Shown: piece after piece, positions 10,505 through 22,308 of the stretch
How the letters are laid out: every line of letters begins with the position of its first letter
Position numbering within the stretch: the first letter of the stretch is position 1
Assembly (NCBI GenBank): GCA_001794215.1
Contig: MGJK01000020.1
Coordinates: forward strand, 1,016 to 65,015
Origin: Candidatus Yanofskybacteria bacterium RIFCSPHIGHO2_01_FULL_44_24
GTDB lineage: Bacteria; Patescibacteriota; Minisyncoccia; 2-02-FULL-40-12; GWA2-44-9
Length of the DNA: 64,000 bases
Reading direction: 5' to 3'
Notes under the pieces: generated by a model
What the model saw: only the letters and a program-made list of their open reading frames with translations
Told to the model about the DNA's origin: nothing
Databases searched by the model: none
Translations under genes and position numbers: made by a program

Positions 10505-11191
10505 TTAGGTCTCTTTTGATTTCTTGAGAATGACTATGAGCAGCGCCAGAAATACGACGGAAAGAAGAATGAGCTGATGGATCGGCTGCATCCTGGAAAC
10601 TAACCCCCAAGCAAATACCATCATCGAGTTTTTCACCAAGTTTCCGGCAAGGACACAAAGCATGCCCTTTTTTGACTTCGACATACTGCAAATGAAAATA
10701 GCCGCTACCCTTGTTCCTGTTTCCGGAATCGAAGAGAACGAGAACAAGCCCCAATAGCCCAAACGCTTTAGTTTCGCGACGACCGGATTAGTATCTGAGA
10801 TAGACCAATGAAGCCATCGGTGCGAAATCTCTAAGATTCGGTCCTTAAGACCCGTTTCTTCGAGAACTGGCGCAGCTACCGTCTTGATCTCCTTACCAAG
10901 CTCGATAGTTTCCTTAACTAACGGCTTTTTATAGAAGGTTCGAAGCACCAAATCTCGAAACCAGACCAAAAAGTAAAACCAAAAAATCAGCTCAAGAGTA
11001 GAAACGATACAGATAATTACAAATATCTGCTTAAGGGTAAGGGCTGGTATAAGCCAAGAAAGATCGTATAGGCTGACCCCCCAAATACATAGGGCTCGCT
11101 TATGAAGACTCGGGATAACAACCCAATCGGTATTTAGGAACCAGACTACAAAAGCCAGTAGGAACGGCCAGACCTTCTGCCATTTTTTCAA
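10505..11191 (-). CDS. Hypothetical multi-pass membrane protein
   Basis: Several hydrophobic segments; no family recognised. Confidence 0.6.
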   Translation of the reverse strand: MKKWQKVWPFLLAFVVWFLNTDWVVIPSLHKRALCIWGVSLYDLSWLIPALTLKQIFVIICIVSTLELIFWFYFLVWFRDLVLRTFYKKPLVKETIELGKEIKTVAAPVLEETGLKDRILEISHRWLHWSISDTNPVVAKLKRLGYWGLFSFSSIPETGTRVAAIFICSMSKSKKGMLCVLAGNLVKNSMMVFAWGLVSRMQPIHQLILLSVVFLALLIVILKKSKET

Positions 11192-11241
11192 GGATCGCCC
11201 CCTTGTTAACTATACGGTGCTTGATATATAATACACCAAAA

Positions 11242-12264
11242 ATGAATAAAATCAACCGACCGGCTGGCAGAAAGAAAATTATCGTAATCGTAGGGCCCAC
11301 AGCTTCAGGAAAATCCGATTTAGGCGTTGAATTGGCCCGAAAATTTAATGGAGAAATAATATCGGCCGACTCAAGGCAGGTGTACAAAGGAATGGATATC
11401 GGCACCGGCAAAGTCCGAAGAGATCGGACTTTGCCGAAGTTAAAAGTTTTCTTAAAGAAGAATTTTTATTCAGAAGGAGTAAGGCATTATTTATTGGATA
11501 TGGTTTCGCCGAAAAAACAATTCACCGCTGATGATTTTAAAAAACTGGGAGAAAAAACCATTAAAAAAATCCTGGGAGAAAATAAAATTCCGATTATAGT
11601 CGGCGGAACCGGATTTTATATAGATATCCTCCTGGGCCGGATGAAAACGGCTTCGGTGCCGCCAAATTTAAAACTGAGAAAAACTCTCGATAATAAACCG
11701 GCTAAACGATTGTTCGAGATGCTGTTAAAGCTTGACCCCCAACGAGCTAAAACTATCGACCGCCATAATAAGCGCCGACTGATAAGAGCATTAGAGATTA
11801 TCCTCACCACAAAAAGACCTTCTCTGACTACCTACCACTTACTACCTACTACTAACTACAAGGTTTTATGGCTCGGTATAAACCCCGGAAAAGAAGTCCT
11901 GGCTAAGAAAATAAAAAAACGCCTCGACCAAAGATTGGATCAAGGAATGATTAAAGAAGTATTTAAGCTCCGTAAACAAGGAATGAGCTGGAAGAGGCTC
12001 GATAACTTCGGTCTCGAATACCGGTGGCTCTCGCGCTACCTAAAACAATTTTCAATTTTCAATTTTCAATTTTCAACAAAACCAAACGCCGAGAATTTTA
12101 AGAAATCAGAATATTATCAGAATCTTTTAAGGGATATTATCAAATACTCGAAACGCCAGATGACCTGGTTTAAGAGAAATAAAGAGATCCATTGGCTGAG
12201 CTCTAATGAGGCGAGTGAGCTCAGAAAGGCAGAGGGGCTGACGAGAAAATTTATTTATTCCTGA
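11242..12264 (+). CDS. miaA: tRNA dimethylallyltransferase
   Basis: GPTASGKS, IISADSRQVY, VGGTGFY, RRLIRALE, YSKRQMTWF. Start placed at the ATG after TATAAT. Confidence 0.96.
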   Translation: MNKINRPAGRKKIIVIVGPTASGKSDLGVELARKFNGEIISADSRQVYKGMDIGTGKVRRDRTLPKLKVFLKKNFYSEGVRHYLLDMVSPKKQFTADDFKKLGEKTIKKILGENKIPIIVGGTGFYIDILLGRMKTASVPPNLKLRKTLDNKPAKRLFEMLLKLDPQRAKTIDRHNKRRLIRALEIILTTKRPSLTTYHLLPTTNYKVLWLGINPGKEVLAKKIKKRLDQRLDQGMIKEVFKLRKQGMSWKRLDNFGLEYRWLSRYLKQFSIFNFQFSTKPNAENFKKSEYYQNLLRDIIKYSKRQMTWFKRNKEIHWLSSNEASELRKAEGLTRKFIYS

Positions 12265-12485
12265 GGCTCTTTTTCTGAAGGTCCGCGTATTTCTCCTTCG
12301 GTTGGAGTAGTGCGCTCGGATACGAATTTTGACCCCCTCTGTTCTACTCTTCTTTCCATAGTCGCATCGTATCTTTCTTTTTCAGTTAACGACTCCATGG
12401 CTGATTTCTCGTGGAACCTCTTTTCGCCCAGGTTCATTCTGGGTTGAAAATTAGTTACCAATCTTACTATAAGTTTTTTGATCAT
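12255..12485 (-). CDS. Hypothetical protein
   Basis: 76-aa ORF 4 nt downstream of gatB on the same strand. Confidence 0.4.
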   Translation of the reverse strand: MIKKLIVRLVTNFQPRMNLGEKRFHEKSAMESLTEKERYDATMERRVEQRGSKFVSERTTPTEGEIRGPSEKEPQE

Positions 12486-12489
12486 AGTT

Positions 12490-14016
12490 TTATTTTAACA
12501 TACCTTTTAGAATCCCCTCGACCACCTGGGGATTAGCTTTGCCCTTGGTTTCTCTCATTGCCATACCGACAAGAAACCTGATTGAAGCTTCTTTCCCAGC
12601 CTTAAAATCCTCGACGGCTTTTGGATTATCCGTGATAACCTTCGCAACTGCCGAATTAAGATCCTCTACGTTAGAGACCTGCTCTAGATTTTTTTCTTTG
12701 ATTATCTGTCCAGGCGAAAAGCCCGTTGCAAACATTTCTTTTAGAACAGTCTGGGCGCCGGACGAGGAAACCTCTGAATGAAACACTCTGACCACTAAAT
12801 CAGCGAACATTTCCGGACTGATCTTAGTATCGGCCGGATCGGCGCCAACGCTGTCGGCCATTCTCTTCAGTTCGGTAATGACGTAGTTAGAAGCAAGCTT
12901 TAAAAGCCGGCCTTGGTGTTCCGGATCCGGTTTTTTAAGGTGATCAAGCCTATCAAAAGATAACAATTCGCTGGCAACATGCTCAAAGTAATCTCCTAAC
13001 GGCTTATTAACCGTAAACATCTCTACGTCATGGCCCGGCAATCCGTACTGTCTCACGAATCTTTCTCTCCTTTGCTGAGGCAATTCCGGCATTTCCGACC
13101 TGATCTTTTCGGCAGAAAACAGGGTTGGCGGCCCGCCCGTTGCGGGCGAGGCTCGCCCATTCGCAATGCGAATGGGCGGCAGATCAGGCTCCGGAAAATA
13201 GCGGTAATCATGGGCCTCTTCTTTGGAACGCTGGCTGAAGCTTTGTTTTTTAAACTCATCCCAGCCTCGGGTTTCCTGTTTTATCTTTTCTCCGGATTCC
13301 AACAACTCTCTCTGCCTTTTTATTTCATAGTCAACCGCGTCGGCCGCAAATTTAACCGAATTAATATTCTTAATCTCTACTTTGGTGCCCCAGCTTCCAT
13401 CAGGATTGGTTAAAGAAATATTGACCTCAATGCGCATCTGGCCCTTTTCCATATTTGCATCGGATACCTCAAGATACCGCCATATAAGTTGCAACTCTTC
13501 GGCGAATCTTTTAACTTGGTCGCCATTCTCAAAATCAGGCTCGGTTACTAATTCCATCAAGGGCACGCCAGCCCGATTGTAATCAACCAAAGAGTAATTT
13601 TTGTCCGGCAGATGATATAAACGTCCGGCATCTTCTTCTAAGTGAATCCGCGTTATACGAATTTTCTTTGATTGTGAGTTATTGGTCGTAGGTTGTAGGT
13701 TAAGGTATCCTTCATAGCACAAAGGTTTCTGATATTGGGATATCTGATAACCCTTAGGAAGATCCGGATAAAAATAATTTTTGCGTTCAAAAAACGTATC
13801 CTCGGCAATTTTACAGTTAAGAGCGAGGCCGGCGGTTATCACCTTTTCAATGGCCGCCATATTAATTACCGGAAGAGTTCCCGGATGACCCATGCAAATC
13901 GGACAAACGTTAATATTGGGATGCTTTTCATCCGGATCATTTAAAGAATCGCAGAACATCTTGGTCTTCGTTTTTAACTCTGCGTGTACCTCCAGTCCTA
14001 TAACAGGTTTGTACAT
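12490..14016 (-). CDS. gatB: Asp-tRNA(Asn)/Glu-tRNA(Gln) amidotransferase subunit B
   Basis: VIGLEVHAEL, RKNYFYPDLPKGYQISQ, HLEEDAG, DYRYFPEPDLPP. Confidence 0.98.
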   Translation of the reverse strand: MYKPVIGLEVHAELKTKTKMFCDSLNDPDEKHPNINVCPICMGHPGTLPVINMAAIEKVITAGLALNCKIAEDTFFERKNYFYPDLPKGYQISQYQKPLCYEGYLNLQPTTNNSQSKKIRITRIHLEEDAGRLYHLPDKNYSLVDYNRAGVPLMELVTEPDFENGDQVKRFAEELQLIWRYLEVSDANMEKGQMRIEVNISLTNPDGSWGTKVEIKNINSVKFAADAVDYEIKRQRELLESGEKIKQETRGWDEFKKQSFSQRSKEEAHDYRYFPEPDLPPIRIANGRASPATGGPPTLFSAEKIRSEMPELPQQRRERFVRQYGLPGHDVEMFTVNKPLGDYFEHVASELLSFDRLDHLKKPDPEHQGRLLKLASNYVITELKRMADSVGADPADTKISPEMFADLVVRVFHSEVSSSGAQTVLKEMFATGFSPGQIIKEKNLEQVSNVEDLNSAVAKVITDNPKAVEDFKAGKEASIRFLVGMAMRETKGKANPQVVEGILKGMLK

Positions 14017-14125
14017 TAAATTAATTTAAAATTTAAAAATTAAAATTAAAAATGACAATGTAAAATTCAAAGTTTTAAGATTTTAAACTATCATTTTCCA
14101 TTTTGATATTTGAACTTTACATTTT
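14016..14125. repeat. AT-rich 6-7-mer repeat tract with inverted arms upstream of gatB
   Basis: ttaaaat/ttaaaaa units followed by ttttgat/tttgaac units. Confidence 0.7.
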
Positions 14126-14181
14126 GTCTAGTTTATCACTATTTTTACAACAAAAAAAGCCCCGATTTGGGGCTAAGCTTA

Positions 14182-15099
14182 CTATGCGACAAAGTTTAAT
14201 CTTTTCAATTTATCCAGAAATTCGCTTCTTTCGCGCTTATTTACTATCCCTCTTTCCAGTATGGCAGATAATCTTGGCATATCCATGGGCCATTGATTCT
14301 GGCTGAGTATATCCAGCTCAAGCCTTGAAAAGGACAAAGCGTAAAGCTGATAATCTTCAAAGGCTCCGTAAGATATGGGCATGGCATCTTTAATGATGCG
14401 AGCCATAGCCTCGCCGAACACCCTGATCTCATACTGGGCATGGGTATCGAGGCGCAATCTTAAGAAATGGAGAAGATTGTGCAGATCAATTTTCCAGTAC
14501 CATTGAGTGTAGTTAGCCACAGATAAGCCGATGCGGGAAAGCTCTTTTGCCAAACCGACATCATCAATAAACCGTTTGTAGGTTCGGTACTGACTGTTGT
14601 ATTCAGCCTTGAGTAAACCCAGAACAAAGCGCTGATCTTCTTCGCTTAAATTTTCGCTCCTGCCCTGGCGGTTATCGGCTGACTGCTTTTTCAGAACGGC
14701 CGGCTCAGGAAGATAAAATTCGTCCAACATTTTCGAATATCGTCCGGAGTATTCATTCACATTGGCGGTCCGGTGGCGGATCCATTGGCGGGCTACAAAA
14801 ATAGGCATCTTGCAATGGAACTTGAATTCCACCATCTCTGAAGGGGTAGTATGCAGGTGTCTCCGCAAATATCGGATAAGCCCCCTGTCTTCGTTTACTT
14901 TTTTAGTCCCCTTTCCGTATGAAACGCGAGCCGCCTGAGCGATCGACTCATCACAGCCCATATAGTCGACAAGATAAACAAAACCATGATCAAGACACTG
15001 AATCGGCCTATGCAACCACTTTTCCGCGCCTTCGCTAATTGGGCGGAAAGTTGAATGAGTTTCCTCAAATATTCGAGCCGGAAGATTTTCTTCGCTCAT
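14182..15099 (-). CDS. thyX: FAD-dependent thymidylate synthase
   Basis: AARVSY, ARQWIRHRTANVNEYSGRYS (ThyX motif), LRLDTHAQYEIR. Start at MSEENL, preceded by GAGGAG. Confidence 0.96.
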   Translation of the reverse strand: MSEENLPARIFEETHSTFRPISEGAEKWLHRPIQCLDHGFVYLVDYMGCDESIAQAARVSYGKGTKKVNEDRGLIRYLRRHLHTTPSEMVEFKFHCKMPIFVARQWIRHRTANVNEYSGRYSKMLDEFYLPEPAVLKKQSADNRQGRSENLSEEDQRFVLGLLKAEYNSQYRTYKRFIDDVGLAKELSRIGLSVANYTQWYWKIDLHNLLHFLRLRLDTHAQYEIRVFGEAMARIIKDAMPISYGAFEDYQLYALSFSRLELDILSQNQWPMDMPRLSAILERGIVNKRERSEFLDKLKRLNFVA

Positions 15100-15184
15100 A
15101 TCGCTCCTCAATGTTAATGTACTGCTAAAGAATGTTATCAAAAAAGATATCAACAAAAAAGCCCCGCTGCAGCGGGGCAGAAAA

Positions 15185-15862
15185 TCACAAGTCTGTACTA
15201 TCGGTCAGGCCCAAGATAAAGTAAAGAACATTCTTGGTCATCTCGAAGACTTCTTGAGGACTCTTACTGCCGTCGATAACATAGCAGTTATCGTAATCCT
15301 GGGCGAAAGCAAGATAATTATTCCTTACCCGCCTTAGATTCTCGATCTCTTCGAACTGATCAAGAACCTTGCCGGATTTGAGCATTCTATCCATCGCAAC
15401 CTCAACCGGAACATCGTAGATTATATTTCCGTCCGGCCAGATAAAATCAGTGCCTGAATACTTAAAAACCTGTTCCTGAATATTCATTAAATCATCGAAG
15501 TTGGCATAGGAATCGGCGCCGAAAACTACAGAAACCGGTCCGCGATCAGCTAAGACGTGAATCCCCGAAGAAATCCAAGGAATAACCCTGTTCCTGTAAT
15601 TCCAGACCCTGTCCCTGAAGTACATCTCCTGGAACTGATAGGAATGCATCTCCGATAACTTCAGGGTCGGGTGCTGCTTTCTCAAAATAGAATAGATCTC
15701 CCGACCGGAAGGTTGATCAGTCGGTTCCTTGGTAAGAGCGAGTTTTAGATCTTTAAAATAAGCCTTTAAAAAGTTGACTGCCCGGGCATACTGTTCGCTT
15801 TTACCGGAACCGTCGATCCCCTCAAAGGTTATAAATTTTCCGGGATACGGATTTGATATCAT
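15185..15862 (-). CDS. tmk: Thymidylate kinase
   Basis: FITFEGIDGSGKS, KEPT, LADR, IDGSKSPQEV. Confidence 0.9.
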   Translation of the reverse strand: MISNPYPGKFITFEGIDGSGKSEQYARAVNFLKAYFKDLKLALTKEPTDQPSGREIYSILRKQHPTLKLSEMHSYQFQEMYFRDRVWNYRNRVIPWISSGIHVLADRGPVSVVFGADSYANFDDLMNIQEQVFKYSGTDFIWPDGNIIYDVPVEVAMDRMLKSGKVLDQFEEIENLRRVRNNYLAFAQDYDNCYVIDGSKSPQEVFEMTKNVLYFILGLTDSTDL

Positions 15863-15942
15863 ATCGATCTCCTTAAAAAGAACTGAACTAAAAGATTATA
15901 GAACTTTATAAATCAGGATGCAAGGAGCAATTCCGTCGGCTT

Positions 15943-16414
15943 CATAAAAACCGCTCAACCTTAAGCTCCGCCGTAACCCATTCAGGGAGGGCACGACATA
16001 ACAGATCTTACTCGCCCCTTGTCCATCTTCAGCACGCCTCCGGCTTTTCCTGCGAAAACCTCGGCTATGTTCGCCCCGCCCTTTCAGATCCAAGCAAAGG
16101 GCGGGGTCTCAAATGCTTCAGATGGACAAGGGGCTTCGTCTTAGTTTTTCGTAGATCACTTAGTCGGATTAAATCTCTATAGACACTGAGCGAGGCCTTG
16201 ACCGTGAAGGGATCTACAGAAAATCATAACGAAGCCTTGGCTTATGAGAGGATTTGCGCAGGCTGACCGAGCCGAGTAAAAGACAAAATTTCAGCTCGCC
16301 TCGCCGAAGCCTACGGCGGAGCGCGGGCAGAAATTTATGGCGTGCCTCGAATAAGCCAAGGCTGAGTGGACTCTATGCCGTACCCTGAATGGGTTGAAGC
16401 AGAGCTTCTTTATG
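15943..16414. ncRNA. Candidate ~470-nt multi-stem structured RNA or composite palindromic element
   Basis: Nested stems: about 15963-15992/16376-16407, 16015-16028/16120-16134, 16073-16084/16096-16107, 16146-16157/16211-16223 and 16233-16245/16351-16363. No credible ORF; strand unresolved. Confidence 0.6.
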
Positions 16415-16440
16415 GTGTGTCCTTTATAGATTGGGGGCTA

Positions 16441-16477
16441 AGCAAGTAAAAATCCCCTCTGGGGATTTTTACTTGCT
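16441..16477 (-). terminator. Intrinsic terminator after rplK
   Basis: agcaagtaaaaatcccc-tct-ggggatttttacttgct inverted repeat with T-tract. Confidence 0.8.
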
Positions 16478-16891
16478 GACTTCTATGCCCATGGAGCGTG
16501 CCGTGCCTTCGACTATCTTCATCGCGGCATCGACATCATTTGCGTTGAGATCTCCTATTTTTTTCTCGGCTATTTTCCTGACCTGATCTTTGGTTACCTT
16601 TCCGATTTTTTCTTTATTTGGAGTCCCGGAGCCCTTTTCGATTCCGGCCGCAACTCTTAACAGATAGGCCGCTGGAGGAGTTTTTAATTTAAATTCAAAA
16701 GTCCGGTCTTCGTAGATCGTAATCTCAACGGGGATAACTTCGCCCTGCTGAGCCTTGGTTGCCTCGTTGACCTGCTGCATGAACTGTTGGAGATTGATCC
16801 CCTGAGGACCCAAAGCCTGACCGATCTTGGCCGGCTCCAGCGCTCCGCCGGTTACCTGAATTTTTACTATTGTTTTTATTTTCTTCGCCAT
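16469..16891 (-). CDS. rplK: 50S ribosomal protein L11
   Basis: [12 protein letters not shown]...IGQALG...[21 protein letters not shown]...GTARSMGI. Confidence 0.97.
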   Translation of the reverse strand: MAKKIKTIVKIQVTGGALEPAKIGQALGPQGINLQQFMQQVNEATKAQQGEVIPVEITIYEDRTFEFKLKTPPAAYLLRVAAGIEKGSGTPNKEKIGKVTKDQVRKIAEKKIGDLNANDVDAAMKIVEGTARSMGIEVSK

Positions 16892-17062
16892 AACTTGTTC
16901 GCCCTCCGCCAACTTTCGTTAGGCGGTACGGACCCTTCGGGTTCTCTCAACTTCTTTGTTAAAACCTGCGGTCCTCCCTCGCCATAGTTCACTATGGCTC
17001 GATCCGGTCCTCGGTTTTACCTCGAATTTGAGCAAACGACCTGCGTTATCAGTGCCACATAT

Positions 17063-17608
17063 TTATAATTTCTTAATCTGCAGAAAATCAAGCTCGACAG
17101 GTGTCTCTCTTCCGAAGATAGTCACCAACACTTTAACTCTTCCTCGCTCCATGTCAATCTCCGATATCTTCCCGTCAAAATCCTTGAACGGCCCGTCGGT
17201 AATCTTGACCCGGTCGCCCACCGCCACGTCAATTTTGTATTTAGGCTCCTCGACGCCCATCCTCTTCATAAGTATGTCGATTTCGGCAGCTGATAAAGGC
17301 GTAGGAATGGTCCCCGCTCCGATAAATCCGGTAACATTTGGGGTATTCCTGACCACGTACCAGGAATCATCATCGACAACCATTTCCACTAAAACGTACC
17401 CGGGATAGATCTTCTCTTCAATGACCTCTCTCTTTCCGCCCTTTATCTTGATCTTTTTTTCCTTGGGAACAAGAACGCTAAAAATCTTGTCCTCAAAACC
17501 GAGGGATTCTACTCTTTGTTTAAGATTACGGGCGACATTATCTTCATAGCCGGAATAGGTGTGAATGGCATACCAATGACGCTCTCCTGTTGTTACCTGT
17601 TTTGGCAT
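17063..17608 (-). CDS. nusG: Transcription termination/antitermination factor NusG
   Basis: WYAIHTYSGYE, YPGYVLV, VRNTPNVTGF, GPFKDF, IFGRETPVELDF. Confidence 0.98.
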   Translation of the reverse strand: MPKQVTTGERHWYAIHTYSGYEDNVARNLKQRVESLGFEDKIFSVLVPKEKKIKIKGGKREVIEEKIYPGYVLVEMVVDDDSWYVVRNTPNVTGFIGAGTIPTPLSAAEIDILMKRMGVEEPKYKIDVAVGDRVKITDGPFKDFDGKISEIDMERGRVKVLVTIFGRETPVELDFLQIKKL

Positions 17609-17609
17609 T

Positions 17610-17795
17610 TTATTTAAGTATGAGCTCCTTTAACAATGTTCCAAGGCCCAAATCGACTAATCCCAAAAAGACAGCCAAAAAGAGGCTGATACCGACCACT
17701 ATCAAGGTATACTGGGTTGTCTGCTTTCGAGTTGGCCAGTTGACCTTTGAGAGCTCCGTTTTAACGTCTTTTAAGAAATTGACTACTTTGTCCAT
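17610..17795 (-). CDS. secE: Preprotein translocase subunit SecE
   Basis: ELSKVNWPTR plus a TM helix, upstream of nusG. Confidence 0.95.
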   Translation of the reverse strand: MDKVVNFLKDVKTELSKVNWPTRKQTTQYTLIVVGISLFLAVFLGLVDLGLGTLLKELILK

Positions 17796-17822
17796 AGGTG
17801 AAATAAATAGTTAGAAAACCTT

Positions 17823-17883
17823 ACCCCGCACCAATTTCGTCCGCTGACCGCCATTAAGAAAAGAGGCGGAATTGGTGCGGGGT
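17823..17883. repeat. Palindromic element with 14-bp TIR ACCCCGCACCAATT in the secE leader
   Basis: 17823-17836 is the reverse complement of 17870-17883; shares ACCCCGCAC with 1220-1331. Confidence 0.8.
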
Positions 17884-18136
17884 TAAATGGCTGTAACCAA
17901 TCGCAAAAGCTCTTGGACATCCATTTAAAAACGCCCCGGGGCGTATTAAATTCATATTACTCCCTACCAAATAAAAAGTCAACGCCCTCACTTGAGGAGG
18001 ATTGGCTCTGCAACGGCAAAGATTTATAGACAAGGATTAATAAATTAACTGATGAATAATTTATAGACTCGGCTATTATACAGAGCAGCTGCTTTGCAGA
18101 TCCTCTTCAAGTGCAGGGGTCAACCACAGTACCGTC

Positions 18137-18856
18137 TCAAGAAGAGCTTATAATCGAGCCTATCTTGTCTCCGGCTATGGCCTTTTTTAAGTTTCCTTTT
18201 TCGAAAATATTAAAAACCTTTATATCCCAGTTAAGATTGCGGGCCAAAGCTACGGCGGCTGAATCAATAATTCTTAAATCCCTGGAAAGATAGTCTGTAT
18301 GGGTAATGACCTTTATCTTTTTGGCGGCGCTATCCTCTTTTGGATCACGATCATAAATCCCGTCCACCTTGGTTCCTTTGAGGGTCAGGTCTGCATTTAA
18401 CTCATGGGCTCTTAGAACCATGGCTGTATCGGTAGAAAAATTGGGGTTACCGGTTCCCCCGGCCAGAATAACCACCCGGCCCTTCTCAAGATGACGCATC
18501 GCTCTTCTCCGGATAAAGAGCTCCCCAAAAGATCTCATTTCGGTAGCGGTCATAACCCTTGTATGGATACCGAACTTTTGCTCCAGAACACCCTGAAAAA
18601 CAAGCGCGTTCATGGTGGTGGCCAGCATTCCTACGTGATCGCAGATCGTTGAGTCCTTAAGATCTAAGCCTTTCTGGATTTCTGATCCGCGCAGAAGATT
18701 ACCTCCGCCGACTACAATAGCAATTTCGGCCATATCGATCACGGAAAATATCTCATTGGCTATAAAATCTATGGCTTTTGCAGAAAAATGGGTCTTGGAG
18801 GATCTATCTCCCAAAACCTCCCCCGACATTTTTAGAAGTATCCGTTTCTTTGTCAT
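18137..18856 (-). CDS. pyrH: UMP kinase
   Basis: RILLKMSGE, VVGGGN, GTGNPNFSTDT, KVDGIYDRDP. Confidence 0.96.
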   Translation of the reverse strand: MTKKRILLKMSGEVLGDRSSKTHFSAKAIDFIANEIFSVIDMAEIAIVVGGGNLLRGSEIQKGLDLKDSTICDHVGMLATTMNALVFQGVLEQKFGIHTRVMTATEMRSFGELFIRRRAMRHLEKGRVVILAGGTGNPNFSTDTAMVLRAHELNADLTLKGTKVDGIYDRDPKEDSAAKKIKVITHTDYLSRDLRIIDSAAVALARNLNWDIKVFNIFEKGNLKKAIAGDKIGSIISSS

Positions 18857-20986
<2,130 letters not shown>

Positions 20987-21177
20987 TCAAGAGTGAAGCG
21001 ATTGACCACAAAATTGAGCACCTCGCCGAAGCCCGAAGGGCAAAGGCGGGTAACCGCTAATTCACTCCTCTTTTAACTAATAAATCATAGCATTTCAGCT
21101 TATCTGAATCAAGCTTATTTTAGCATCAAAAAGGGGCTCAAATAGCCCTTTTTTGATGCTATCCACAAATCAATATT

Positions 21178-22308
21178 TCACCTCAGCTCCGCTCCAAATT
21201 GTTTGACGGTTTCTTTGTAAATCTTTCCTTGGATAGGATCGATCTCCTCGGTCGTAAGAGTCCTCTCATTAGAACGATAAACGATTCGATAAGTATAGCT
21301 CAGTTTCTCTTTTCCGAATTTTTCGGCATTTTCATATTTATCCAGAAGTTCGACTTGCTCCACTAAGTCCCCTCCTATATGGCGGATCAGATCAAAATAG
21401 TTATTCGGCACGAACGTTTTCTCAACCACAAAAGAAATATCCCGAGTAATGGGCGGAAATTTGGAAACTTCTTTAAATTTATTTCCGAGCTTAAGCTGTT
21501 TCTTCACCCGAGGATCATCGGACCATAATAACCGTATGTCGGGCAGTTCCATGGAAGCCATCGCCAAACGCTCTAATCCAAACCCGAAAGCCCAGCCGTT
21601 ATATCCGGTTACTCCGAAATTTGATAAAACGCTCTTTCTTGGTAAGCCTGATCCGACCATCTCCACCCATTTCCCGTTAATCTCCGCCTCCATCTCGTAG
21701 CTCGGATCGGTATAAGGGAAAGTATGCTCGTAAAAACGGAATTTAATATTTTCTCCAAAAATGCTTTTTCCAATCTTAGAAAGAGTATCTTTCAAATCAT
21801 CCGCCGCAACAGTTTGCTTACTGTCGGGAGCAAGGTAGAGTCCGCCGATCTGGTGAAAAACATTCATGTGGCTACGGTCGATTTCATCCTTTCTGTAGAC
21901 CTTGCCATAACAAACTGCCCCGAAGGATTCGTTTTTATTAATACGCCCTTGAATTTCTGGATGATTCAAATAATAGTACCAGAATGCGGTGTCATGGGTT
22001 CTTAAAACATTTTTCTCGTCAACATAATAAGTGTCCGACTTACTGCGGGCCGGATGACCTTCGGGCATATTAAAAAGATCGAATAGAATTTTTGTCGGAA
22101 TTATTTCCGGTATTTCAACGACATCGAACCCCCTCAGGACGCTTAGGGTCCGGTCGACTATTTCTTTCAAAGGGCTGTCTGAAGTCCGCGACAAGTCGGG
22201 CATATCTAAATACCTCTTTATCCTTCCACTTTCAAAATCACTTCTTTGATTAAGCTTGTCTCTTAGAATATGGGCTTCCTTGGAAACAATTTTGATATAT
22301 TTACCCAT
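21178..22308 (-). CDS. pheS: Single-subunit (organellar-type) phenylalanine-tRNA ligase: catalytic domain plus C-terminal FDX-ACB domain
   Basis: HPARSKSDTYY, LRTH, YRKDEIDRSH, FPYTDPS, GWAFGFGLERLAM, then SKFPPITRDISF...SYTYRIVYRS.ERTLT. Confidence 0.9.
   Translation of the reverse strand: MGKYIKIVSKEAHILRDKLNQRSDFESGRIKRYLDMPDLSRTSDSPLKEIVDRTLSVLRGFDVVEIPEIIPTKILFDLFNMPEGHPARSKSDTYYVDEKNVLRTHDTAFWYYYLNHPEIQGRINKNESFGAVCYGKVYRKDEIDRSHMNVFHQIGGLYLAPDSKQTVAADDLKDTLSKIGKSIFGENIKFRFYEHTFPYTDPSYEMEAEINGKWVEMVGSGLPRKSVLSNFGVTGYNGWAFGFGLERLAMASMELPDIRLLWSDDPRVKKQLKLGNKFKEVSKFPPITRDISFVVEKTFVPNNYFDLIRHIGGDLVEQVELLDKYENAEKFGKEKLSYTYRIVYRSNERTLTTEEIDPIQGKIYKETVKQFGAELR

Noticed and set aside
15943-16414. 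RNase P RNA or group I/II intron
   Set aside because: No GAGGAAAGUCC/ACAGAA..CGGCUUA P4 pair, no P7 GACUA/UAGUC in a group I arrangement with flanking exons, and no group II domain V recognised on either strand.
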